The translations under genes and the position numbers were made by a program. A stretch of DNA of 64,000 nucleotides. Origin: Macrostomum lignano. Taxonomy: Eukaryota. The notes under the pieces are model-generated. The model had not been told where the DNA came from, searched no databases, and saw only the letters and a program-made list of their open reading frames with translations. Positions 47,545-58,544 of the stretch are shown here, in pieces; the first letter of the stretch is position 1; each line of letters opens with the position of its first letter. The stretch lies in the NCBI GenBank assembly GCA_002269645.1, contig NIVC01001382.1:62001-126000 (forward strand), written 5' to 3'.

Positions 47545-48432
47545 ATGGAAGCGATTGCTGAAAGACTAAATAATATTATTTCTCACTCTAAGGAGAGCAA
47601 TCCTATTACAATAACTGGGGCGAATTAATGACTCAACGGGATATTTGTTCAAAAATTAGAGCAGGCAGTTCGCCTGGATCCAGGTGCTAATTACCATGTC
47701 TATCTTAACGACTTCACTGGTTGGTCAAACGTTCCCAATGTGACGGCAGCAAATAATAAGTTTTATTACTAATGGAAAGGTGCGGCAGCAGAACCTGTGG
47801 TATTCCCTGTGAGCACGCAGTGTGGATACCTACAATTACTTTCTAGAAAACGTCTTTACTAAAAGAGGCCATTTTGAGACACCTGATCCGATTAAGCCAG
47901 AACTGTTCCCTGTCAAACTAACCTATGATCTCACTGTAATGAGAGTGGTCATGCAAGTTCACAAAGATGCGGAGGTTGAGTTTAAAGATGACACTTAGTA
48001 TAGGGAATCGGGATTCGAAAAGAAAGTTTATAAGGTAGAATCCACGGCGCGGACCGGCACTCAAGCGCCGAAATCATCGGGGGTCGTTTGTATGGCCCGG
48101 AAAAGTGTAAGCGGTTTGTTCTTAGCACCCAATATTGCAGACATTGTAAAGGGTTTGAATATTCTAATCAGAAGATTAGAATCTCAGTCTAGATCTCAGA
48201 TCTCAGTCTAGATTGGGTATTTAAGGGAAAGCGAACGAATATTTTGTACAACATCTCCAACTCTGTAGCTGGAGGACAAATACTGGTAGAGAAACCAAAT
48301 CCAGTGAAAAGAGTTGCATTGAGTAATAAGGAGATTCACGAGATTGTGCTACAGTTTGAGACTGAAGATGGGGTGGGCGTTGATTTCAACGGTGAAGAGT
48401 TTTTACTGACGTTGATAGTTGAGAGAAGATGA
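47545..48432 (+). pseudogene. Polinton/adintovirus-type minor capsid (penton) protein, degenerate
   Basis: YHVYLNDFTGWSNVPNV...NNKFYY at the N-terminus; ILYNISNSVAGG.ILVEKP...I.EI.LQFETEDG..VDFNGE..LTL at the C-terminus. Several stops and frameshifts. Confidence 0.75.
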
Positions 48433-48656
48433 GAAATCACAATTGTCTAATGATTTCTGCAGAGTTATAGTAGCTGTCGTAATCTTTTATGTTGGGGTTG
48501 GGGATTGGCGGCTGTTTAGGAGAAGGGGTGGGCTTTGTATTGCATGCACCAAGTAAAGAACTAGTGAATGAAGACGCTGTCGTCTTCAAAGGTGGGACGA
48601 TGGTTTTAATGTTTGTAACTTTTATGGCTATGACCTGTTTATTAAACCCAAATTAA
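48429..48656 (+). pseudogene. Small putative two-helix membrane protein downstream of the penton gene
   Basis: ATG overlaps the penton stop (ATGA). After an early slip it reads VIVAVVIFYVGVGIGGCLG...TMVLMFVTFMAMTCLLNPN*. Confidence 0.35.
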
Positions 48657-49351
48657 GAACTTAATTAAGAAACTATATTGTGTTTTTATCTTTTATGGCT
48701 GTGACATATGAAGAACTAAAAAGCTTAGTTATAGGCTATGACTATAATTTAATTTAAACAAAGTTTATACATAACTGTTGAAATATAATAATAAATAAAA
48801 AATAATTAAATAAATGCAGTTCTTACACTACTTAGTAACAGAATTTAGCATTATTATTATTATTTAAAACTCAACTCATTTTACAAAACTTAAAGTATTC
48901 GATAAATAAAAAATTGGAAAATATATTACTGTAAAGATTCAAACTAAAAAAAGAGTGCATAAAGCAAATTAATATTTACAACAATAAATAACTATTCGTA
49001 TAAATTACGAGCAGTACCCCCCTAAGATAAAAAGGCGGACAACAGTTAAAACAAAGTTGACAGTTGTTTGATATTTTTATAAGATTGCATTTAAAACAAA
49101 AAATTCGTTACAACTAAAACATTTATAGCAAACTGCTGTAAGTAGTACGTACTGGATAAGAATAAATTTGCACAATTTAACAGCAAATAGGAAAATAAAG
49201 AATTTTTGTTTCCCGTTTTAATAAATTAAATGCCAAAAAAGTGGGTTTCGGACATAGAAAAAACATTGAAACAGACGCTTAGTTTAACTGACCTATGAGT
49301 TTAGCCCGCTAATTGCGTTGGCATTAAGTAAACAATTAAATATGCTTTATA

Positions 49352-50206
49352 CACTCAGCAACATTTAAAACGCAACACTCTAACTAGAAGAAAAATCAAC
49401 TCACTCAGAAGAGTCAAAGCGCATAGTCTATGGTTCAAATCGAGCTTCAGAAACGCGTGTAGCTTCCTCTCGCAAGTAACAGGGCGTTGACTCGACGTGG
49501 CATTCCCAGAACAAGGCGTCGAAAAAAGTCCTGGGGAATTTCCTGCCACGCGTTAGCAACAGCGTTTCGCAGTTCAGCGACTGTCTGCGGCGGATTCTGC
49601 GCCCGCTGCATGGCCCACAGTTCCCTGTTAGCGACATGTGCAGGACTCAGGCGCGGCCTCCTCCGCATTTTTCTTGACCGCAATCCTGCAGCGTGAATCC
49701 TGCGGCGAATCGTCTGCGCGCTGAGAACGTTGCCTCTGCGGCTTCTCTCTGCCCACATCAATCGCAGGAGTGTGGCATGCAGTGTGGGGTTTCCACGCAC
49801 TATTCTCAGCAGGCGTCGATCTGCCCTCGCTGTTGTACTGCGAAGTTGGTGAAGCACCATACCTTTTCTCGCGTGAGCCACGCTTCCAGTGGCTCTGCTC
49901 TTCTGTAGCAGACGTAAAACTGTTGAAGGCGACCTCCCGAAGTGGTTCGCAACTGTTCGAAGAGTACAACCTGCTTCCAACATTCCGACTGCTCGCCATC
50001 TTTCCGCGTCTGTCATCTGTTGAACCATTCTCTCAGCTGGATCACTCTATCTGAAAACAGTCCATAGTCATCGCCCTGTTACTTGCGAGAGGAAGCTACA
50101 CGCGTTTCTGAAGCTCGATTTGAACCATAGACTATGCGCTTTGACTCTTCTGAGTGAGTTGATTTTTCTTCTAGTTAGAGTGTTGCGTTTTAAATGTTGC
50201 TGAGTG
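49352..50206 (-). mobile_element. Tc1-family element (855 bp), 141-bp TIRs, TA TSD, internally deleted
   Basis: 49352-49492 is the reverse complement of 50066-50206 (one mismatch seen). TA at 49350-49351 and 50207-50208. Confidence 0.95.
49447..50028 (-). CDS. Tc1 transposase with DNA-binding domain and C-terminal tail but no DDE domain (193 aa)
   Basis: Paired-like HTH region (AVGMLEAG..LRTVANHFGRS.STV.RL; TTARADRRL; SAQTIRRRIH.AGL) joined in frame near 49600 to PQTVAELRNAVANAWQEIPQDFFRRLVLGMPRRV...GSYTRF. Confidence 0.88.
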   Translation of the reverse strand: MVQQMTDAERWRAVGMLEAGCTLRTVANHFGRSPSTVLRLLQKSRATGSVAHARKGMVLHQLRSTTARADRRLLRIVRGNPTLHATLLRLMWAERSRRGNVLSAQTIRRRIHAAGLRSRKMRRRPRLSPAHVANRELWAMQRAQNPPQTVAELRNAVANAWQEIPQDFFRRLVLGMPRRVNALLLARGSYTRF

Positions 50207-50292
50207 TATATTTAGAGCATAAAAACATTTCAATGTTTCAATTTTAATTCAAGTGGGAACGCAAAACGGAGTCAACAGAATGAATGAACCAC

Positions 50293-50470
50293 TTCCTAGA
50301 ATCGCTCATAAACCATCTCTATAATCGGTCATAATCCACCCCTAGAATCGCTAATAAACCACCTCTAGAATTGCTAATAAACCACCCCTGGAGTCGCTCA
50401 TAAACCACCCCTAGAATCGGTCATAAACCACCCCTAGAATCGGTCATAAACCACCTCTAGAATCGCTAAT
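50293..50470. repeat. 23-bp tandem repeat, ~8 copies
   Basis: taaaccacccctagaatcggtca variants (50401, 50424). Confidence 0.88.
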
Positions 50471-50569
50471 CAATACAGTGCCCAACACTATTGCACAACG
50501 CACCTACCCCCAGCCACAGCCCCAGCCCCAGTCCCAGAATTATGAGAAGCAGCAGCAGCAGCAGCAGAC

Positions 50570-50835
50570 GTCCGGACGGCAGGAGCAGTCGGGACGGCAG
50601 GAGCACTCGGGACGGCAGGAACAGTCGGGACGGCAGGAGCACTCGGGACGGCAGGAGCAGTCGGGACGGCAGGAGCACTCGGGACGGCAGGAACAGTCGG
50701 GACGGCAGGATCACTCGGGACGGCAGGAGCAGTCGGGACGGCAGGAGCACTCGGGACGGCAGGAACAGTCGGGACGGCAGGAGCACTCGGGACGGCAGGA
50801 GCAGTCGGGACGGCAGGAGCAGTCAGGACGGCAGA
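50570..50835. repeat. 18-bp GC-rich tandem repeat, ~14 copies
   Basis: cgggacggcaggagcagt variants, open on both strands (SGRQEQ / AVPTAP). Confidence 0.9.
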
Positions 50836-51278
50836 AGCAGCCGCAGCTGGAGTAGCTGCCGCCCGTGCGGCAGCAGCACGTGCAATCGCCGCACGTGCTG
50901 CTGCCGCACGGGCAGTCGGCGCACTAACAGCTGCAGCAGTAGCAGCTGCAGCAGGAGCAGCTGTAGCAAGGGTTAGTTTTTTAGTCAGTTCATAGCACGA
51001 AAGACAACCAAGTGGGGAGGCGACTTTTCTTTCCAATTGCCAAAATATTGGCGCAACGCTTTTTCTGCCAGCTGGCAGACTTTTTGGCAGAACGTTGGCA
51101 ACAAGCGCTGTTAAATATTGAGAGAATACTGTGAGAATACTGAAAATGCTGTGTGTGGGCTCAGGGCCATAGACACCTGGGAACCACCACAGTAAGTTTA
51201 TTTTATAATGTAGATCAGAGCAGAATTTAAAGAAAGCCAAGAGGCCTAGAAGACGCTTAGTGTGAGCGCTCTGAAATA

Positions 51279-52225
51279 TGTTGTACTCGCGTGCTGCGAT
51301 CTCGTCTTGCCCGGTCGTTTTGTTTTCCCCGGGTAGCGGGTTCGGTGCGGGACTGCCCCGGGCGCGCGGCGGAGGGATGGACGGAGGACGAACTCGGGGC
51401 TCGGGGTACTTCCGCGGTCAGCGGAGCGGATAGCCACTCAGAGCCGGCCCGGGAGTCACCGAGGTGAATGTGAAGGATTGGCCGGGGCGTACAGACACTC
51501 CGGAACAATCAAGAGATACGAGGTGATGGATTAGCCGGGGCGTACAGACACTCCAAGCCAATCGAAGAGTGCAGGTGAGCAAGGGGCCGAGTAGGTGAAG
51601 CGATGAGGCGGCGAGGATGGAGGGAAGACACGTGCAGAGAGCCCCAAAAAAACGCGAACGCAACCCGAATAAACGTAATTTAAGCTTACCGGGCGGGGTC
51701 AAACCGACTCATGCAACGCAGTTTATTTGGCCGTAGTAACTGTTCTGGCAGCTCGGAGACGGCGGGTGGCACGGATTAGCTTGCTACGAAGTGTTCCGAA
51801 AGTTTACTGGGCTCGTGCAGTTTTGTACTTTTATGATAGTTTTCTTACTCAGTTGCTGGTGTAGCTCTAACCGCAAAAACCAAGCAGCGTGCCACCGGCC
51901 GGCTCCAAGCCAGCTAATAAATAGTATGCCAAAAAATGGGGGAGTGGGCCAAACCGGCCTGAGCGCAAATACTCACACAACAGAACCCCGCGAGCACCCC
52001 ACCCTAGCCCAGCCAATCAAAACACGCGCTGGGTAAGGCTCTACGAACGAGGGGGGGGGTAGAAAAGCGAGGGTCTGCCGGCCCAGCCAGCCAATCAGAG
52101 CACACGCCGGCTGCCTAAAACCAAAGCCGGCTGAACCAACTCAAACCAGCTAGGCCGGCAGACCGGGCGGTTCGCATGCACCAAAAAAACAAGTTGATGA
52201 GGTCATTGTGGCGCAGGCCACAACA
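51279..52225. mobile_element. Solo LTR (947 bp) of another family inserted in the 5' LTR
   Basis: tgttgt...acaaca termini and a 4-bp TSD aata (51275-51278, 52226-52229). Removing it restores the 3'-LTR sequence ctctgaaatatatgagtac. Confidence 0.85.
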
Positions 52226-52316
52226 AATATATGAGTACAAAACTCTCGCAATCGTCTGACAACAACCGAATGACTCAGTCTCCTTAGTGCATACATAGCA
52301 GTGGCGTCGCAAGCTT

Positions 52317-53270
52317 TTGAACTTTGTCAACTTGCGAGATATGTCGAAGTCACCAGGAAAAGTACCTGGTAAGACACCAGTAAAGTCTCCAGTGAAGATT
52401 GCAGCAATAGCTCCGAGCATGCTCTCACAGGATGCGACTTTGTCGAACCAAAGCAGCCGTCCAACGTCGGGAATGGCCCAAATAGAGCGATTGGACGTGA
52501 ACTCTAGCCTGGAGCGATGGATGGATCGCCTCGAGATCGCGTCGAAGTTCTTCAACTGGAGCGCGACCGACAAGGCTCAGGTGCTGCTTTTAAGACTCGC
52601 ACCGCAGCTGTTTGAAAAACTGGCGGACTATCTGGCGCCCAAAAAGCCTGGAGATAAGAAATTCGACGAGCTGAAAACAGCGCTGGAGGAAATAATGCTG
52701 CCCAAAACGTACGTCCTTGCCGAAGGATTCAATTTTCAAAGTATAAGACGAGAACCAAACGAAAAAGTGCGAGTGTTCTCCGAGCGATTGATCAAAGCGG
52801 CAGAAAAGTGTGAGTTTCAAAACAAGGACGAAAGACTGCGTGATCAGTTCATTTGCGGCCTAAACAACCAATGAATTATTGGGAAGCTTATCGTCAAAGA
52901 TCACAAGAAGCTCAGTTTTAAGGACGCAGCTAGCGAAGCAGAAGCGCATGCAAGTCTGTTGGAGACTCCTATTATGAAGAGTGCACCAAAAACTGAGGCT
53001 GGGTCCATCCTAAAGGTCGATTTATCGAAGCGTAGAACCGTCGAAAAGAAGAGCAATCAGACTCACGGAAAGGGTCTCGAGAAGGCGTGTCAAAAGTGTC
53101 GACGCGCACATGCCAGGATGCAGTGCCCCCCGTATGGGAAAAGTTGCAATAACTGCGGTAAGCCTAATCAATTTACGAAGGTCTGCAGAAATGGTGAGAG
53201 TAAAAGCAGGACATCAGGCGGAAATTCTGTACAACATGTAGCTGGGAGTGGAAACATTTTCGCGGCGGAA
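52317..53270 (+). pseudogene. Gypsy gag, degenerate
   Basis: WMDRLE, LRDQFICGL, then Zn-knuckle-like CQKC...H...CP..GKSCNNCGKPN.F.KVC. Stop at 52872. Confidence 0.85.
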
Positions 53271-53321
53271 GCCCGAAGGTGTTGTCAGCGACAGCAGCCT
53301 CGATAGCCGATTGCTATCACG

Positions 53322-56172
53322 GTGAAGATTCTCGAAGCAAACAGAGGGCATCCCATCCGTTGCGAGCTCGATACGGGAGCTGGAGTGTCGATCTTGTCAG
53401 AAGCCTTGTGGAACCAACTTGGTCGCCCAACTCTAAGACCTTCGGACGTAAAGCTGGGAGGCTATGCGAGTGACCATACGCTTCATGTATTGGGAAGGTA
53501 TGAAGCAACTGTTGATATCGAAGGCAAATTTCGGTCAATCAATTTGAAGTTGTGAAAGTGAACAAGAGCTACGCTCTTCTTGAAAGGGACGTGCCTTGTG
53601 TCCATCTGGAATCAAGTCAGGCTGTGGGAGAGGCGGCACCTTGTGCATCTATGAAAGCGCATCTAGAGTTAAAGGCGGGCGCGACACCGAAGCACATAAA
53701 GGCAAGGCCTGCCTTCTGCCCAACGTGAAGCTGTTCGAGAGAGATAGATCGATTGCTCCAGGAGGGAATCATAGAGCCTGTACGTTTCGCAGAGTGGGCA
53801 TCGCCTATTGTGGTCGTGCCGAAACAACGTGGAGGAATTCGGCTCTGCGTGGATTACAAAAGGACTCTAAACCCGCAATTGGTACCTGACAGTTACCTGA
53901 TGCCGACTCCGGAAGAGGCGTTTTCAGTAGTATCTAGCTGCAAGCGATACACACTGCTCGACTTGGAGAAAGCCTACAATCAAATCGAGCTGGATGCCGG
54001 ATCAAAGCCGCTAACAGTGATGTCAACACCATTTGGGAATTACCAATATAACAGACTAGTGTTCGGGATAAAACGGCGCCGTCCATTTTCCAAAGATATA
54101 TCTCAGAAGTAATTCAGGGAATCAATGAATCTATAGCCTACATAGATGATGTGTTGATCGGTGGAAAGGATGAGGACGAGCTGTTATCAAGAGAGGAGGA
54201 GGTTCTGCAGCGGCTGGAAGCAGAGGGACTGCGTGTAAATAAGGAGAAGTGCCAGCGGAATCAAAGCAGGATTCGGTTTTTGGGCCACATACTCGACAAC
54301 GGCAACATTTACCCAGACAAAGAAAAAGTTAGTGCAATTAAAGACATGGAAGCGCCTAAAAACCTGGCTGAGCTAGAATCATTCCTGGGCTTAGTGGCAT
54401 TTTGCTCGCGGTTCATTCAGAATTTAGGTGACCTGACTGCTCCGCTGATGCAGCTGAAGCAAAAAAATGTACCCTTCGAGTGGGGACCGAAACAGAGCAA
54501 GGCGCTGGAAAACCCCAAAGCTTCAATATCTAGAGATGCGCAGCTAACGGCCTATGATCCAGATCGGCCTATGGAGCTCGAGTTCGATGCTTCGCAGAAG
54601 GCCCTGGGAGGAATTCTGAGCCAGGAGGGTCGTCCAGTGCTCTACATCAGCAAAATATTGTCGAAGGCTGAGCGAAATTACTCGCAGATAGAACGTGAGG
54701 CGTTGGCCATAGTTTGGGGTGTTCGCAGATGCCATCGATTCTTGTGTGGCAGGAAGTTTACGCTGGTTACCGACCACAAACCGCTGGTTTACATATTTGC
54801 CGTGGACAGCGAGCTACCTGCTCGTGTTTCAGTGAGATTGCAGCTTTGGTCGATTTTGCTTACGGCGTATGACTATGAAATCAAATATCGAAACACCAAG
54901 GCGATGTCATCAGATGCGTTGTCCAGACTAGTATCGCAGCATAAGAGTAAAGCAACTTTGGAGATTGGAAATGTAAATGCTTTCTGCACGCTGTTGCCAA
55001 CTAAATTGATGATAAAAGCAACTCGAGAATGCAACGAGATGCAGCGCTTGTTGAGTGCTATCAGATCAGGAAGTTTCAAGTCACCGAAGCTACGAGCCTT
55101 CAAGCCGGTCCGAGATGAGCTCGAGACAAGACGGTCTAATTCTTCGAGGTCATAGAGTAGTGATACCTCGATCACTGCGTTGTAAGACGATCGGAGTGGT
55201 TCACCAAGCACACTTAGGAATAGTCAAATCTAAATCTCTGGCAAGAACTGAGTTCTGGTGGCCAGCGATGGACAAAGACTTGGAGAAAATCATTAGCAAG
55301 TGCTGGGTATGCCGATCAGCCAAACCACAACATAGAGTTTTTCGGACGCCCTGGCCGCAGGCTGCTGGGCCATGGCAGCGAGTTCAGAGAGTTCATGCAG
55401 ATTTTGCAGGACCAATTCAGAAACAGTACATCTTGGTGCTGGTAGACGCATACACTGGTTACCCAGAGATTTACATCGTTAGTCGACCACAGTAATAGAA
55501 CGTCTCCGTCGAACGTTTTTCCAGTTCGGAGTACCACAAACTTTGGTTACCGACAACGGGCCGAGCTTTATGAGTTCTGAATTGAACCAGTGGCTCACGG
55601 AAATCGACTGCGAGCATCTTACTACGCCAGCATATCATCCGCAAAGCAACGGTGCGGCTGAACGGCTGGTAAGAACTGTGAAGGAGACAATAGAAGCAAA
55701 CGGGTTCAGTCAGAAGACGATTGACCGTTTTCTTTTGTTTTATCGAGCATCGGCTGGCAGAAACGGTGTTTCACCTGCAGAGCAACTGTTTGCGAGAAGG
55801 ATTCGGGTGCCGTTCACTGCTAGGCAGGTCGGTCTTGAGGAGCAGGTGATTTACAAGAACTTCCGAGATGCTGCGGTTCCGGCAAGAATTGTGCTGCAGC
55901 TAGGAAGGAGCATGGCGCTCATCAAGACTGAGAAACAGAAGCCAGTCTACCGGAGGGCTCATCTGGATCGACTGAGGCCATGCACTGACTCTGATCAACA
56001 GCCTGGAGGGCAAACGGATCAGACGGCAGAGCAGTCCGATATCGACCAGCTGCCCAAGTCCGGGGAAGAGGGAGAGCCGGAGGACAAAGAGCATCTCCCA
56101 TCGGAGGATCAAGGCCAGCCACGGCGCAGCTACCGACTGGCGCTAAAGCCACGGATTGACTATAGATTCTGA
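53322..56172 (+). pseudogene. Gypsy pol (protease, RT, RNase H, integrase), frameshifted
   Basis: LDTGAGVS; WASPIVVV, RLCVDYK, YIDDVLI; FDAS, NYSQIEREALA, TDHKPL; HQAHLG...CWVC, HADFAGP, VTDNGPSF, NGAAERLV. Confidence 0.93.
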
Positions 56173-57094
56173 TGTTGGCTTGAGCTTGCATTGTCTATTC
56201 ACTAACTTGCGATACCCATTGTAAGGGGAAGGTGCTGTGTGTGGGCTCAAGGCCATAGACACCTGGGAACCACCACAGTAAGTTTATTTTATAATGTAGA
56301 GCAGAGCAGAATTTAAAGAAAGCCAAGAGGCCTAGAAGACGCTTGGCGTGAGCGCTCTGAAATATATGAGTACAAAACTCACGCAATCGTCTGACAACAA
56401 CCGAATGACTCCGTCTCCTTAGTGCATACATAACAGAGAGAAAATTTTTACTCCGCTGTGCTCTTTATATTGAAAAAAGACATGTCTTCAAAGGGTGAGC
56501 TCGTCTTTCGCTACAAGGAGTCAACGGCGAAGTTAACCACTTTTACCACGAAATCGCTGCTGTTTGGCCTGAAACTGTATTGAAAGACTTTGATATCAAC
56601 ATTATTTTGAAGTCGATACCTATCGACTAGAAGTTTACAAAGGAACGGGACCTTTTCGATCTTCTAGACAAGTTGAACGCTGCAAGAAGAAGCCAGGAAG
56701 CCGCGGCTGCTTCAACTACGCAACAGGGGATCAAAGCCAATCGAAAAAAGAAAATTGGAGAAGAAGAGCGAAATATTTTCTCGCGTGGTTACCCGCTCGC
56801 AAACGAGTCAAGAGTTGCCTTAACTAATATTATCATCGTTTGGTAATGTCTCTCATACTATTGTCCGCTGTATGAGAATTTTTGCGGAGCAATCTTATTA
56901 TCATAAATATATCAGTGAAGATAGGTAAATTGAGTGAATTGTGACTTGTGAGAAAAAAGCAAGTTCTTTCGTAGGATCAGCACCCCGGGTTTAGGGATTT
57001 AAAGTCTTAGGGATCTGGTTTCGCGTTGCGAATCGAATGTGGGGAGAAGAATGCAGATTATCTTCTGATTGTTTCGAAGATGCTATGGGTGGAT

Positions 57095-57373
57095 GTCAGT
57101 GGATTATGTAGGACACCTTTTATGCTCTTATTCTGTCAGGGATAATATGGATGGATTTAATGGATTATGGATGACGTTTCGTAAGCGAGTTTGACCCTCT
57201 TTTTTTATTTTGTCGGGGATAATATGGATGGATTTAATGGGATTATGTTCCAAGTTTTCGAAGCAAGTGCAAACCCCCTTTTTCTGATTCTGTCGTGGAT
57301 AATATGGATGGATTTAATGGGATTATGGAGGACGTTAAAAAAATTTCCCAGAAGCCCCCTCATGCATTCTACT
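57095..57373. mobile_element. Second Polinton terminus (terminal repeat array plus TIR)
   Basis: Same gataatatggatggatttaatgggattatg blocks as 6815-7161, ending cagaagccccctcatgcattctact (AG...CT-type end). Confidence 0.8.
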
Positions 57374-58544
57374 TAGAAGCCTTTGTTTCTATACTTTCAG
57401 ATTAAAAAGACAATTGATATGGAAAATTGGTACCATTTATGATAAAAATGACTCTTGTCATCAGAAGCAAGCAGTGATGCTGATGCAATCACTCTGTTGA
57501 ATCATGCAGAGGCAGTTCCACTGACTCCTTTGACCGGTTCTTCTTTCGAGCACGGTCTCGTGAGGCTTGATTGAGGGACAAACGTGCCTGCCCCCAAAGT
57601 GACAAGCCTCCAAATCGGACACGGAGGGCATCTTAGAATGGGAGGGCAGGGTGGTATATGGGCAGTAAATGTCCTATACCTTTAAGACTGCTTGCAAGTC
57701 ACACAATTGATAATGGAAATCACAAATATGACTTTACTACTTTACATTTTCTAAATATAAAATAATACAGAGAAATAATCTGACTCTTCCACCAACAAAA
57801 TTAAAATGTTCCAATTTGATATATATATTAACATATTATTGATATACAAATTTAAAAATCTTATATATAGAGCCAATTATAATGTTATAATTATAAATTT
57901 TATAAAAAGGAGAAAACATCAATACAAAGAAAACTCACTCTTCAACTGAGAGATCAATTCAGATGAAGCTGGCTGAAATCCACCTTTCATTGGTGACTGT
58001 TCAAATCGATGGGTTGCAACATAATCAGGTCCCATCAAGCGATCAACCAAATTTAGTACAAACACTAGCAATTTAAGCCCCCCGTTGGGGGGCGCAAAAA
58101 ACACAAATTAAGTGGTTTCCATTTTTGCCCAAGAGTCATTATTTAACTAATTACGCCCCCCTTTGGGGAACAAAGAATGAATATAATAATTTTATTAATA
58201 ATGTAATTTAATAACATACAATAATAATGTACACGTACACTATTACATAAAATGTACATGTCCCACTCCATTCCAGATACCAGGCCTGTATAATATGTTG
58301 ACATTCAATTAATTATAATAATTAATAATTTTTATTTTATTATTCTACCGAATTGTTTGTTCTTTTTCAAGCTTTGTCGCAGTCGAGGTGTTGATTTTTT
58401 ACTTTCAGCTTGATGATGGAATTGGCGTGTGTAGGAATTTATATTTTTTTATTTTAATATGCGTGTGGTAATTTCGCTTTAAGCACTTATTAGCGCAGTT
58501 TGCACTTCTTTTCAACAGGGAACAGGGAACAGAGAACAGTAGAC

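Larger units (their letters stand above)
51147..56435 (+). mobile_element. Gypsy/Ty3 LTR retrotransposon, near full-length and degenerate, 203-bp LTRs
   Basis: 5' LTR 51147-52300 (interrupted), PBS-like gtggcgtcgcaagc at 52301, gag-pol, PPT aaggggaagg at 56223-56232, 3' LTR 56233-56435. About 7 differences between the LTRs. Confidence 0.92.

Noticed and set aside
57400-58104. Possible exon remnants right of the Polinton terminus
   Set aside because: Stops occur in all frames and there is no recognisable domain.
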